From positions 1,602 to 65,601 of the forward strand of contig JBPOJD010000023.1 of NCBI GenBank assembly GCA_052033955.1: a stretch of DNA of 64,000 nucleotides, given 5' to 3'. This DNA comes from Candidatus Hydrogenedentota bacterium. GTDB lineage: Bacteria; Hydrogenedentota; Hydrogenedentia; Hydrogenedentales; SLHB01. Made by a program: the position numbers and the translations under genes. Each line of letters begins with the position of its first letter. Position 1 is the first letter of the stretch. This document shows positions 20,739 through 30,188 of this stretch, piece after piece. Under the pieces are notes generated by a model. The model saw nothing but the letters and a program-made list of their open reading frames with translations, was not told where the DNA came from and searched no databases.

Positions 20739-20921
20739 ATGTTGTACTGGGCGCTGGTATTCTTCATCGTGGCCATCGTCGCCGCGCTGTTTGGATTCAC
20801 GGGGATCGCCGCGGCCGCCACGGGGATTGCAAAGTTTTTGTTCTTCCTCTTTGTTGTCCTGTTCGTGGTATTTTTACTGGCCGGTTTGTTGACCGGGCGG
20901 ACGGTGCGGCCTCCGCTGTGA
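20739..20921 (+). CDS. DUF1328/UPF0391 small membrane protein (YtjA-like)
   Basis: [44 protein letters not shown] is a canonical DUF1328 sequence. The track ORF from 20625 is over-extended. Confidence 0.8.
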   Translation: MLYWALVFFIVAIVAALFGFTGIAAAATGIAKFLFFLFVVLFVVFLLAGLLTGRTVRPPL

Positions 20922-20971
20922 GCGACCGCCCCAACCAGGGTGCGATGCCCGGACTGAAGGAGACGTGGACC

Positions 20972-21901
20972 ATGAACATGAAGACAGCAAGGTACGTGGT
21001 GTGGTGTGTGGCTGCGGCACTGGTGGTACTCCCGGCCTTTGGGCAGGTCACTGCGGATCCCGGGTCCGTGATCTTCCGGAACCAGGAGGACAGCCAGACC
21101 ATCCGGCTCACGCGTGACGGCAACCCGGTGCCCGCAAGCGCCATCGGGCAGGTCGAGTTCCTCGTGGACGCCCACACCTACGAACACATGATCAAGGTCG
21201 AACGGCAAGACGGCGCCGTCGTGGTCACGCCCACGGTGATGGAGAGCGGCTGGTACACGCTCGTAATCCACACCGACATGGGCACGGCTACCGTGGTCGC
21301 CTATGCGCCGCTGGCCCATATCGCCGAGAGCCTCGCGGAACGAGCCGCCGCGCTGGGCATCCCGGTCGCGGAACTCGAGGAACGTCTGGGCTTGGCCCAG
21401 CGCAGCCGCATCGAGACAATTGACATCGAGTTGCCGCCGGTCTACTACGAGGGTCAGAGCATCATCGTGAATGCGCCTGAAAGCCCGGAGGCGATGCATG
21501 TCTGGACCGTCAACGACGAGGAAGTCGCGCGCGGGATCGGCGCGAACCGCCTCGTGTACACGCCCAAACAGACCGGCGACGTCATCCTGACCTACGTCAA
21601 GGAGGTGGGGGGCGCGATCGTGGCATCGGACACCGCGGCCACGCGGGTCATCCCGCTGCCCAGCGTGCCGACCACCGCCACGGTCAACCGCGCGATCACC
21701 TTCCACGGCCCGTCGGGCTACGGCGCCTACACCTGGACCCTTGACGGACAGGCCGTCGGCTCGGACGGCCAACTCCAGCACACCTTTGCCACACCGGGCA
21801 CCCATACCGTGGTGTGCGAGGCGCGCGGCGGCTCGGGCGACATGGCGGAGGCCTACCGCCGGGTCACCTACAAGGTCACGGTGGAACCTCCGTCCTTCTG
21901 A
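20972..21901 (+). CDS. Secreted protein with a C-terminal PKD-like domain
   Basis: ATG at 20972 sits behind a GAAGGAG Shine-Dalgarno. A signal peptide is present (MNMKTARYVVWCVAAALVVLPAFGQ). The C-terminal ...FHGPSGYGAYTWTLDGQAVGSDGQLQHTFATPGTHTVVCEA reads as PKD. Confidence 0.6.
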   Translation: MNMKTARYVVWCVAAALVVLPAFGQVTADPGSVIFRNQEDSQTIRLTRDGNPVPASAIGQVEFLVDAHTYEHMIKVERQDGAVVVTPTVMESGWYTLVIHTDMGTATVVAYAPLAHIAESLAERAAALGIPVAELEERLGLAQRSRIETIDIELPPVYYEGQSIIVNAPESPEAMHVWTVNDEEVARGIGANRLVYTPKQTGDVILTYVKEVGGAIVASDTAATRVIPLPSVPTTATVNRAITFHGPSGYGAYTWTLDGQAVGSDGQLQHTFATPGTHTVVCEARGGSGDMAEAYRRVTYKVTVEPPSF

Positions 21902-21927
21902 TCCATCGCGCCGGCGAACATACCGCG

Positions 21928-21960
21928 CCCCGCCCACACCGGGCGGGGCCTTCTTGTGTC
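21928..21960. terminator. Bidirectional hairpin terminator between convergent genes
   Basis: GCCCCGCCC-acacc-GGGCGGGGC forms a 9-bp GC stem, followed by CTTCTTGTGT. Confidence 0.5.
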
Positions 21961-21971
21961 TGGACGGCCGA

Positions 21972-22769
21972 TCAGCCGAAGCGGCCGGTGATGTAGTCTT
22001 CGGTCTCCTTTTTGGCGGGCTTGGTGAAGAGTTGGTTCGTCGGCCCGAACTCGACCAGCCGGCCCTCGTAGAAAAAGGCCGTGTGGTCAGATACCCGGGC
22101 CGCCTGGTGCATGTTGTGCGTAACGATGACGATGGTGTAGTTCTCGCGCAGTTCGACAATCAGGTCTTCGATGTGGGCCGTCGAGCGCGGATCCAGGGCC
22201 GAGCAGGGCTCGTCCATCAGCACCACCTCGGGATTGACCGCGATCGCCCGGGCGATGCACAGGCGCTGCTGCTGGCCGCCCGAGAGGCCCAGCGCCGTGT
22301 CGTTCAGCCGGTCCTTCACCTCGCCCCACAATCCGGCCCGTTTGAGGCTTTCCTGTGCAGTCTCCTGCAGGAGCCCCCGGTCGGAGACCCCGGCCACCCG
22401 CAGCCCGTACACGACGTTCTCGAAGATCGACTTCGGAAACGGATTGCTCCGCTGAAAGACCATGCCGACCTGCCGCCGCAGTTCGGTAACGTCCAGATGG
22501 GGATCGGTCAACTCCCTGCCTTCGAGGATAATACTCCCCTCCACACGCGCGCCGTCCACCAGGTCGTTCATCCGGTTGAAGCACCGCAGGTAGGTCGACT
22601 TTCCGCAGCCCGACGGACCGATCAGGGCCGTCACCTGGCGTGACGGAATATCCATCGTGACGTCAAAAAGCGCCTGGGCCGCGCCATAGTAGAAATTCAG
22701 GCGTCGGACTTCGATGAGGGTCTTCGGGGGGGCCGTGTGTTGCTGAAACGCCATCACTGTCTTCTCCAC
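21972..22769 (-). CDS. pstB: Phosphate ABC transporter ATP-binding protein
   Basis: Motifs seen: [23 protein letters not shown] and [12 protein letters not shown]. The sequence is PstB-typical throughout. Confidence 0.95.
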   Translation of the reverse strand: MEKTVMAFQQHTAPPKTLIEVRRLNFYYGAAQALFDVTMDIPSRQVTALIGPSGCGKSTYLRCFNRMNDLVDGARVEGSIILEGRELTDPHLDVTELRRQVGMVFQRSNPFPKSIFENVVYGLRVAGVSDRGLLQETAQESLKRAGLWGEVKDRLNDTALGLSGGQQQRLCIARAIAVNPEVVLMDEPCSALDPRSTAHIEDLIVELRENYTIVIVTHNMHQAARVSDHTAFFYEGRLVEFGPTNQLFTKPAKKETEDYITGRFG

Positions 22770-22780
22770 CTCCTCAGATA

Positions 22781-24406
22781 TCAGAGCGACCGCACGGTGT
22801 AGCGTTTTCGCATCTGGTTGCGCAGATAGATGGCCACACTGCTCATGGCCAGCACAATCAACACCAGCAGCAGGGTCGTGACAAACACCATCGGCTTGGC
22901 CGCCTCGACGTTCGGCGACTGGAAGCCGATGTCGTAGATATGAAAGCCCAGGTGCATGAACTTCCGCTCGAGGTGCACATAGGGAAACTCGCCGTCGAGG
23001 GGCAACGAGGGGGCCAGCTTCACCACGCCGGTGATCATCAATGGCGCGACCTCGCCCGCCGCGCGCGCCATCGCGAGGATAAACCCCGTCATGATGCCCG
23101 GCGACGCCATGGGCAGCACCGTCCGCACCAGCGTCTGCAACCGCGTGGCGCCCAGCGCGTACGAGCCCTCGCGAATGCCCTTCGGCACCGAGCCAAGCGC
23201 CTCATCCGTCGCCACGATGACCACGGGCACCGTCAGGAAGCCCAAGGTCAGGCTCGCCCACAGCACGCCCCCGGTCCCGAAGGTGGGCGTCGGGAGACGC
23301 TCCGGGAAGAAGAACTGATCAATCATGCCGCCCACGCCGTACACAAAGAAACCAAGCCCAAAGATGCCGTAGACGATCGACGGAATGCCCGCGAGGTTGT
23401 TGACCGCGATGTAGACCAGCCGCACCAGGGGACCGCTCTTGGCGTATTCGCGGAGGTATATCCCGGCGAGCACCCCCAGCGGAAAGGACAGCACGCTCAT
23501 GAGGAATACCAGCATCACCGTGCCGAAAATGGCCGGAAACAGGCCGCCTTCGGTGTTGGACTCGCGCGGCTCGTCGAGCACCAGTTCGCGCAGCCGCGAC
23601 ACATAGTACGCGGCCTTCGCCCCGAACCCCATGGCGTTCGGCCGGTACGCCCGGACGATCGCGCGCAGCGGTATGGCCTTGGTGCGGCCAGCCGCGTCCG
23701 CCACCACCGCCGCTGTTTCCTCGAGTTCGGCGACCTGCCGGTCCAGCTGGGCAACCACCCCTTCAAACGCCGCGCTGAGTTCCGCCTGCCGCCGCGTCAG
23801 GGCCGCCACCTCGGGATGGTCCTCGGCCGCACCCCGGTAGCGCAGCTTCTGCAACCGCCGCTGGATCCGTTCCGCGGCGGCGTTCCGATCGCTCAGCTCG
23901 TCGCGCAACCCATCCAGTTCCCGCTCCCGGGCGCCCACGGCCGCGCGGGCCGCATCGAACTGTTCATGCAGCGGCAGCCCCTTCGGCACGGACACGCGCC
24001 CAGACTCGACCGACTCCAAAAACCCGTAGAAGTGGCCGTATTCGCGCCGTTCGAGCACCAGCGCGTCGGCGGGATAGGAAATGGCGCGCACACCGGCCCG
24101 GTTGATCCAGCGAAAGTCGAGGCCATAGAAATCGCGGTTGCCAATCTTGAGCTGAAGCCGTGCCGGGGTCTCGGCGGTCTCGTGATCCACATTGACGATC
24201 TCGCCCAGCACCGGCGGCCCGTCGGCCAGATCCACCAGGGCCACATCGGACGGCCACATGACGCCCAGCCCGTTCACCATGACCACGCCGACGAGCACGG
24301 CGCAGCTCATGAGCGTGAGCGCCAGCGCGCCCGCCGTTCCCCAGACAAATGGCTCGCCGTCGGCCCAGAATCCGCGGCGGCCTGTCTTGACGTCAGAACT
24401 GGCCAT
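22781..24406 (-). CDS. pstA: Phosphate ABC transporter permease PstA, long form
   Basis: The C-terminal ~280 aa form a PstA permease core. One N-terminal TM is followed by a ~240-aa extra domain that includes a coiled coil. Confidence 0.85.
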   Translation of the reverse strand: MASSDVKTGRRGFWADGEPFVWGTAGALALTLMSCAVLVGVVMVNGLGVMWPSDVALVDLADGPPVLGEIVNVDHETAETPARLQLKIGNRDFYGLDFRWINRAGVRAISYPADALVLERREYGHFYGFLESVESGRVSVPKGLPLHEQFDAARAAVGARERELDGLRDELSDRNAAAERIQRRLQKLRYRGAAEDHPEVAALTRRQAELSAAFEGVVAQLDRQVAELEETAAVVADAAGRTKAIPLRAIVRAYRPNAMGFGAKAAYYVSRLRELVLDEPRESNTEGGLFPAIFGTVMLVFLMSVLSFPLGVLAGIYLREYAKSGPLVRLVYIAVNNLAGIPSIVYGIFGLGFFVYGVGGMIDQFFFPERLPTPTFGTGGVLWASLTLGFLTVPVVIVATDEALGSVPKGIREGSYALGATRLQTLVRTVLPMASPGIMTGFILAMARAAGEVAPLMITGVVKLAPSLPLDGEFPYVHLERKFMHLGFHIYDIGFQSPNVEAAKPMVFVTTLLLVLIVLAMSSVAIYLRNQMRKRYTVRSL

Positions 24407-26621
24407 ATTTCTTCCTCAGCCGCTGCCGGACCAGTTCGGCCGCCGTGTTGGCAATCGAGGTCAGCAGGAACAGGATGATCGCCGACAGGAACAACACCCG
24501 GTACAGCGTGCCGTCGACGGGCGCCTCGGGGATTTCCACCGCGATGTTCGCGGACAGCGTCCGCATGCCGTTGAAGATGCTCACATCCATGATGGGCGTG
24601 TTGCCGGTCGCCATGAGCACGATCATGGTCTCGCCGACTGCGCGGCCAAAGCCGATCATGGTCCCCGCGAAGATGCCCGGACTGGCGGAGGGCAGCACGA
24701 CGCGCCAGACGGTCTGCCAGCGCGTGGCCCCGAGGGCCATGGAGGCGGCCTTGAGCGCATACGGAACACTGGTCAGCGCGTCCTCGGCGATGGTGAAGAT
24801 GATGGGGATCACCGCAAACCCGAGCGCGAACGCAATCACGATGCAATTGCGCTGGTCGTAGCGGTGCCCAGACGACGAGAAAAGCCACTGCTGGAAGTTG
24901 CCGTCAAACAGGGCCTGTTCGATATAGCCGCCGACATAGTAGGTGAGTGCTCCCGCCGCCAGTACCAGCGGCACGAGCGCCAGGAATTCGTAACCGCGCT
25001 CGACGCGTTTTCCCACGCGGCTCTGCCGGAACGGCTGCCACACAAACACAAAAAGAAGCAACAGCGTGGGGAAGGTCACGACGCTGATGAGAAAGGCCAC
25101 GACGTAACTCTGGACGATGGGGGCCAGCCACAGTGCCGCGAGAAAGCCGATCACCACGGAAGGGATCGCCGCCATGATCTCGACCACCGGCTTCACCACC
25201 GAGCGCACCGCCGCGCTCGCGAACTGGCTGGTGTACACTGCCGCGAAGAGCGCCAGCGGCAGCGCGTACAGCATGGCGTAGAAGGTCCCCTTGAAACTGC
25301 CAAAGATGAGCGGCACCAGGCTGAGCTTGGGCTCGAAATCGTCCGTAGCTGCCGAGGACTGCCAAACGAACGCCGGGGCGTCGTAGTTCTCGTAGTGAAC
25401 CTTCCCGAACAGCGTTTGCCAGCTCACCTCGGGGTGCGGGCTGTCCACCCGCCACACCTGCACGCGTCCATCGGCGCCGAGTGCCGCGATGCCGTTGGCC
25501 CGCGGAGAAAGGGCGACCGCGATGGTGTCGCCGTCGACTGTCAGCCCCGCCAGGTGGCGCTCGCTCGTCGCGTGGTCCAAGTGCAAGGTGCCCGATGCGC
25601 CAAGGCTCAGGATGGACTTGGTCCGGAGCGACGGCACAACGTGCAGAACGGCGCCGGGATGCGGATGAAGCGTGTGGACGAGTTGAAGCTGCTTTTTCTC
25701 GGTACCGGGATAGGCGCGCACGGGAAACCAGGTCGAAAGGCCGCCCGCGGCGTCGCCCACCGCGACCGATATATCGCCGAACACCATCGCCAACTCGGTG
25801 ATGGCGCGCTGGTCCGCGTACGCAGGAAAGCTGTCCAGCAGTTCGGCGCGGCCGGCCTGTTTCAGGTTCCACCGCAGGAGATAACCGTTGGCCGTTCCCG
25901 CATAGAGGGCCTCGCCGTCCGCGTCCAGGGTGAGGGCGGTGACCGGCCCCGGAAGCGGATCCGCGATCACCGTAGACTCGACGGACGTCGTCACGTTTCC
26001 AAAGAGGTCCTCCTCGGAAACCTGCCACGTCACCGTGAGCTCATCTGCCTCGCTCAGGCTGGCACGGACCGTGCCTCCATCCGCCGTCATGCGGGCCGTG
26101 GACGAACGCACGGCCCCATCGGTGGGCGGCAGGATCCCGAGCACCTCCACCCTGCGGCCCAGCACGCGCTGCCCGTCGGCATCATACGAGAGGGGAAACG
26201 TGACTCTCACCAGCGACGTGGCGCCATCTTGCCAGGTCGCGCTGTAGGTATGCACACCGTACACTTGTATCGACTGGATAGCGCCGCTCGCGGCGGACGG
26301 CGCGGGGAACGAAAGGGTTTCGGACGCGCCGGGATGGTCAAGAGCCGAAAACACGACGGTACCGTCTTCGCGAATGACAAACGCACTCTCGAGGTACTCG
26401 TCGATTCCAACGGCAACAGGCCGTTTTGGCGCCGCGGCGCCCGGCACGCCGCCGCGATCGCTGGTACCGGTGCCCGCAAACAGCGGCACCGCCACCCTCA
26501 CAATCAGCAGCAGAATGAGCACGACTGCCGCGATCACGGCGATACCGCCCCCGGTTATCACCCAGACGGCGATACGGTCGTGGCGCTTGGCGCGTCTCCG
26601 GAAGCGTGCGTTATCCATCAA
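24393..26621 (-). CDS. pstC: Phosphate ABC transporter permease PstC, long form with a ~430-aa N-terminal extracytoplasmic domain
   Basis: The C-terminal ~300 aa form a PstC permease core. The N-terminal TM is followed by a repeat-rich, beta-propeller-like region. The gene overlaps pstA by 14 nt. Confidence 0.85.
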   Translation of the reverse strand: MMDNARFRRRAKRHDRIAVWVITGGGIAVIAAVVLILLLIVRVAVPLFAGTGTSDRGGVPGAAAPKRPVAVGIDEYLESAFVIREDGTVVFSALDHPGASETLSFPAPSAASGAIQSIQVYGVHTYSATWQDGATSLVRVTFPLSYDADGQRVLGRRVEVLGILPPTDGAVRSSTARMTADGGTVRASLSEADELTVTWQVSEEDLFGNVTTSVESTVIADPLPGPVTALTLDADGEALYAGTANGYLLRWNLKQAGRAELLDSFPAYADQRAITELAMVFGDISVAVGDAAGGLSTWFPVRAYPGTEKKQLQLVHTLHPHPGAVLHVVPSLRTKSILSLGASGTLHLDHATSERHLAGLTVDGDTIAVALSPRANGIAALGADGRVQVWRVDSPHPEVSWQTLFGKVHYENYDAPAFVWQSSAATDDFEPKLSLVPLIFGSFKGTFYAMLYALPLALFAAVYTSQFASAAVRSVVKPVVEIMAAIPSVVIGFLAALWLAPIVQSYVVAFLISVVTFPTLLLLFVFVWQPFRQSRVGKRVERGYEFLALVPLVLAAGALTYYVGGYIEQALFDGNFQQWLFSSSGHRYDQRNCIVIAFALGFAVIPIIFTIAEDALTSVPYALKAASMALGATRWQTVWRVVLPSASPGIFAGTMIGFGRAVGETMIVLMATGNTPIMDVSIFNGMRTLSANIAVEIPEAPVDGTLYRVLFLSAIILFLLTSIANTAAELVRQRLRKKYGQF

Positions 26622-26668
26622 TGGCGGTCTCGTGGTTCCTCATGTCTGCGCTGGTCGGCACGGAGCGA

Positions 26669-26693
26669 AGTCCCGCGAGGCCTTCGCGGGACT
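26669..26693 (-). promoter_or_regulatory. Intercistronic stem-loop between pstS and pstC
   Basis: AGTCCCGCGA-N5-TCGCGGGACT forms a 10-bp perfect stem. No T-tract follows. Confidence 0.5.
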
Positions 26694-26715
26694 CCCTCCA
26701 GTTTCAACCAGCCCG

Positions 26716-27687
26716 TTATTCTATTGCAGCGACTTGTTTCGCCGCCACCGCAGCCGGAAGTGGCAGGTAGCCGTCCTTGACCACGACCTCCTGTCCTTCC
26801 TGGCTCAACACGAACGTGAGGAACTCGCGCGTGAGCGCGTCCATCGGCTGGTTCGGCGACTTCGCGACGTAAATGTAGAGCATGCGCCCAAGCGGGTACT
26901 TGCCCGAAACGACGTTCTCGTAGGTCGGCTCGTAGGCCTCGCCGTCACGCTCCTCGGTCAACGCCAAGAACTTGACGCCCGAGGTCTTGTAGCCGATCCC
27001 GGAATATCCGATGCCGCCCAGGTCCTCGGTCAGGCCCATGACCACACTGGCCGAGCCCGGCTGTTCCTTGACGGTATCCTTGAAATCGCCCTTGCCCAGC
27101 GCGTGCTCCTTGAAGTAAGCGTAGGTGCCGGAGGCCGAGTTGCGGCCGTAGGTGCTGATGGGCATGTTCTCCCACTGACCGGACAGACCCAGCTGGCCCC
27201 ACGTCTCGATGGACGACGGATATCCGAGTGTGCGCGTCTTCGAGAAGATCGCGTCGATCTCGGGGAACGACAGACTCTCGATCGGGTTGTCCTTGTTCAC
27301 GTAGACCGCGAGCGAATCGAGCGCGACGCCGATCTCGGTCGGCTTGAAGCCGTACTTGGTCTCGAACTCGTCGATCTCGCTCGACTTCATCTTGCGGGAC
27401 ATCGGCCCGAGCTGGGCGGTGCCCGAAATCAGTGCGGGCGGGGCCGTGCTCGAGCCCTTGCCCTCGATCTGGATGTTCACGTTCGGGTACTTCTGCCGGA
27501 ACCCCTCGGCCCACAGGGCCATCAGGTTGTTCAGCGTGTCCGAACCCACACTGTTCAGGTTGCCGCCGATTCCCTCGGCCTTCTCGTAGACGGGAAGGGC
27601 CGGGTCTACGTCCACCGCGCTCGCGGGCACTGCCGCGGCCAGCGCAAGCACGGCCACGAGGCCTCCACGTTTCACGATACTGAGCAT
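26716..27687 (-). CDS. pstS: Phosphate-binding protein PstS
   Basis: ATG at 27687. A signal peptide is present (MLSIVKRGGLVAVLALAAAVPASA). Motifs seen: GSDTLNNLM, GKGSSTAPPALISGTAQ and SGTY. Confidence 0.9.
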   Translation of the reverse strand: MLSIVKRGGLVAVLALAAAVPASAVDVDPALPVYEKAEGIGGNLNSVGSDTLNNLMALWAEGFRQKYPNVNIQIEGKGSSTAPPALISGTAQLGPMSRKMKSSEIDEFETKYGFKPTEIGVALDSLAVYVNKDNPIESLSFPEIDAIFSKTRTLGYPSSIETWGQLGLSGQWENMPISTYGRNSASGTYAYFKEHALGKGDFKDTVKEQPGSASVVMGLTEDLGGIGYSGIGYKTSGVKFLALTEERDGEAYEPTYENVVSGKYPLGRMLYIYVAKSPNQPMDALTREFLTFVLSQEGQEVVVKDGYLPLPAAVAAKQVAAIE

Positions 27688-27764
27688 TGTATTCTCTCCC
27701 AGAGTTGCGTTGGCATTCAGAGCGAATCCGGGGCGCCACACCGGGCAACGCCCCTGGACGCGGA

Positions 27765-27908
27765 CTAATTCTTGTCCGTCAGATCCAGCGCCATCGACAC
27801 GGCCGTGATGGCCTCCTGGATGTTGTGGATCAAGGCCGCCTTGGCAAGAAGGCTGTCGGCCGTTGCAGGACGCTCGCTGTCCCGTGAGATGAGTCCGATG
27901 TGTTTCAT
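27765..27908 (-). CDS. Small hypothetical protein (47 aa) between the porin and pstS
   Basis: The ATG sits behind a GGAGTGA Shine-Dalgarno. The product is MKHIGLISRDSERPATADSLLAKAALIHNIQEAITAVSMALDLTDKN. Third positions are GC-rich. There is no signal peptide or TM segment. Confidence 0.45.
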   Translation of the reverse strand: MKHIGLISRDSERPATADSLLAKAALIHNIQEAITAVSMALDLTDKN

Positions 27909-27942
27909 CACAGTCACTCCTTCGCGTTCGATGGGTTTCAGG

Positions 27943-29358
27943 CTAGAAAGCAAACTGGAACCGCGTGTGGAACACGTCCAGGTCACCGCTGTACAGGTCA
28001 TGGTCGATGTCCGCGCGGACATACTCGAACTTCACTTTCGTGTTGGCGTTCAGGTACCAGTTCACGGCTGCGGTGATATTCTCCTCCTCGCCGCCGCGCA
28101 GGAAATTGCCATCGTTCAGATCCAGGGTCGAATACCGCAGCGCCAATTCCCAGGCGCCCGGGCCGCCCCTCTCGCCAAATCCGAAGTTCCTGTTGGGCTT
28201 CACGCTCGTGAATACGCCCTCTTCGGGCTTGTAGGCACGGTGTTCACCCGTCAGGAAGTAACTCACGTACGCATACCAGCCGTCGAAACTCCGGTCGCCC
28301 ACCAGCGGGCTGTCGACGTCGCTACGGATGTACTCGGCCTGCAGTGACAGGGGTCCGTATACCCCGGCGGCCTCGAGGCCCAGCGACTGCACGTCATCGG
28401 CCCACATGTCGCCGGTATCCAGAAAACGGGTGTCCGTGTACACCTCCGGGCGCTGCCGGTAGCGGATCGTGCCGTCGGGATTGCGCACGGTGTACGCCGC
28501 GCCGAGATGGATGAGCTGCCGTCCCTTCTCTTCGTACCAGGGCAGCCCCGTGACGCGCGCCGTGTAGGCATAGCCCCCGTCGTCAAACCCGTTTCCGTAG
28601 TCGTTGACGTTCTTGAACACGCCCGCCGCATAGGTCATCCGTGTTTCGAGGGCCGTCCCGTGAACCATGACGCCCGTCTGGCGGCTTGGCACAAACACAC
28701 TCGGCAGCCCGCGCTCCATGAAGGTGATGTCATTCGAGCTGATGAGTTCCTCGAGGCTGAAGGGCTCCTTGAACTGCCCGGCGCGGATCCCGCCGATGTA
28801 CGGCACATTCAGCAGCCCCACGTAGACGTCCCGGAAATCCGCGTCGCCGTCGGCGAAGTCATACTGCGCCTTGTACTCGACGTTCTCGCCAACCTCCCCG
28901 CTGATGTAGATGCGGGCGCGGCGGAACCGCACGCCGTCCTCGAGATCCACAAACACCGGTTTGTCCGGCGTGCCCACCCATTCGAGGTCCTTGTCCTGGC
29001 TGTACCACACCCAGTCGTTGTGCGTGCGGCCGCCGATGCGCAGCTTGACGCTGCCGTCATGGGTCTCGAAGCGCAGGCTGTCTTTCCAGAAGACCCGGAA
29101 ATCCTTCGCGTCGGCCTCGGCCCTGTTCTCGACGGCCTTCTCGACCTCCGTGAGACGTTCCTCGACGTCCGGCGCGGCAACGCGATCCATGCGCTCCTCA
29201 AGACGCGCCAGCCGCTCCTGGAGGGATTCGATGGTCATCAGAAGCGCTTTTTCCCGCTCCGTAAGCGGCGCATCCTGCGCATGCGCCGTCACCGCAGCCG
29301 TCGCCAGGACGGCCATCGCACCGAGCATTACTCGCCAGTTCCTTTTCAAAACCTTCAC
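27943..29358 (-). CDS. Phosphate-selective porin (OprO/OprP family)
   Basis: GTG at 29358 sits behind a GGGGGAGGAA Shine-Dalgarno. A signal peptide and an N-terminal coiled coil are followed by alternating beta-strand sequence ending ...HTRFQFAF. It lies immediately upstream of pstS. Confidence 0.75.
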   Translation of the reverse strand: MKVLKRNWRVMLGAMAVLATAAVTAHAQDAPLTEREKALLMTIESLQERLARLEERMDRVAAPDVEERLTEVEKAVENRAEADAKDFRVFWKDSLRFETHDGSVKLRIGGRTHNDWVWYSQDKDLEWVGTPDKPVFVDLEDGVRFRRARIYISGEVGENVEYKAQYDFADGDADFRDVYVGLLNVPYIGGIRAGQFKEPFSLEELISSNDITFMERGLPSVFVPSRQTGVMVHGTALETRMTYAAGVFKNVNDYGNGFDDGGYAYTARVTGLPWYEEKGRQLIHLGAAYTVRNPDGTIRYRQRPEVYTDTRFLDTGDMWADDVQSLGLEAAGVYGPLSLQAEYIRSDVDSPLVGDRSFDGWYAYVSYFLTGEHRAYKPEEGVFTSVKPNRNFGFGERGGPGAWELALRYSTLDLNDGNFLRGGEEENITAAVNWYLNANTKVKFEYVRADIDHDLYSGDLDVFHTRFQFAF

Positions 29359-29417
29359 CGCATTCCTCCCCCGGCTGACCCGAAAGACCCGGCGCCGGCC
29401 TGTCCCCACGCGCCTTG

Positions 29418-29460
29418 GTTACGACAGGATTGTAGAGGGCGATTGTTAGCCGTCTGTTAG
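29418..29460 (-). promoter_or_regulatory. Pho-box-like phased direct repeats upstream of the porin gene
   Basis: The minus strand reads CTAACAGACGG CTAACAATCGC CCTCTACAATC CTGTCGTAACC, with 11-bp phasing. The last unit resembles E. coli CTGTCAT. No clear -10 element. Confidence 0.35.
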
Positions 29461-29570
29461 CGCGAGGGGAGGATTTGACCAGAAATTCGGGGGCCGGACG
29501 GGACTGGCGGAGCGGGATCGGGGCGTGATACAGTCGGTGTGTGGAGCAACTGGGGAGAGGGGGGATACGC

Positions 29571-30188
29571 GTGCGCAGAACCATCCTCGTGGCGGCCGCT
29601 GTTGCCGTCCTGATCGGGCTGATTGCGAGCTACCTGTCCTTTGTGCAGCGGCCCCACTACGAGGCCGCGGCCATTGCCGAAGCCGAGACCGAGATGTGGA
29701 AGGCCTATTGCGGCCAGAACCCGCGCCGGCTGGCGCGTGAGCTGTTTGCCGTGCAGCGCCGGCAGTTCGGCCTGTCCACTTGGCAGGCGGCCTTCATCAC
29801 CCGGGATCTCGCCACGGCAGCCATCGTGTTCATCGACCGGAACGCTCCCGCCAACGAGGCGGTCCTGCCGCATCTCGTCAGCGCCTACCGGCGGATCAAG
29901 AAGGCCTCGGGGCTGAATTTTGATCCCGAGGAGGCTGCCCGGGCGGAGCTGGCGTGGTGGGTGGCCCGGCGCGACCCCAAGACACGGTCACCCGAGCAGG
30001 TGGGCGAGGAGATCACGCGCCTCTACGCTATCCTCTACAGCAAACGAACGCCGGGGATGGAACGTGCGGGCCTGTTACGCGCACAGGCCGCCCATCTCCG
30101 GGATACCGGCGCCCCCAACCCCGACTGGCCGCAGGTTCAGGCCCTCCTTCTCGCGTCGTACACGGAACTCGCGAACAGCGTCACCTGA
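29571..30188 (+). CDS. Membrane-anchored hypothetical protein
   Basis: GTG at 29571 follows a GGGGAGAGGGGGG tract. One N-terminal TM (ILVAAAVAVLIGLIASYL) is followed by a helical domain. No family recognised. Confidence 0.55.
   Translation: MRRTILVAAAVAVLIGLIASYLSFVQRPHYEAAAIAEAETEMWKAYCGQNPRRLARELFAVQRRQFGLSTWQAAFITRDLATAAIVFIDRNAPANEAVLPHLVSAYRRIKKASGLNFDPEEAARAELAWWVARRDPKTRSPEQVGEEITRLYAILYSKRTPGMERAGLLRAQAAHLRDTGAPNPDWPQVQALLLASYTELANSVT

Noticed and set aside
24192-26780. An 862-aa plus-strand ORF antisense to pstC/pstA
   Set aside because: Same shadow-ORF composition (R/G/A/H/P-rich). The pst genes on the minus strand are unambiguous.
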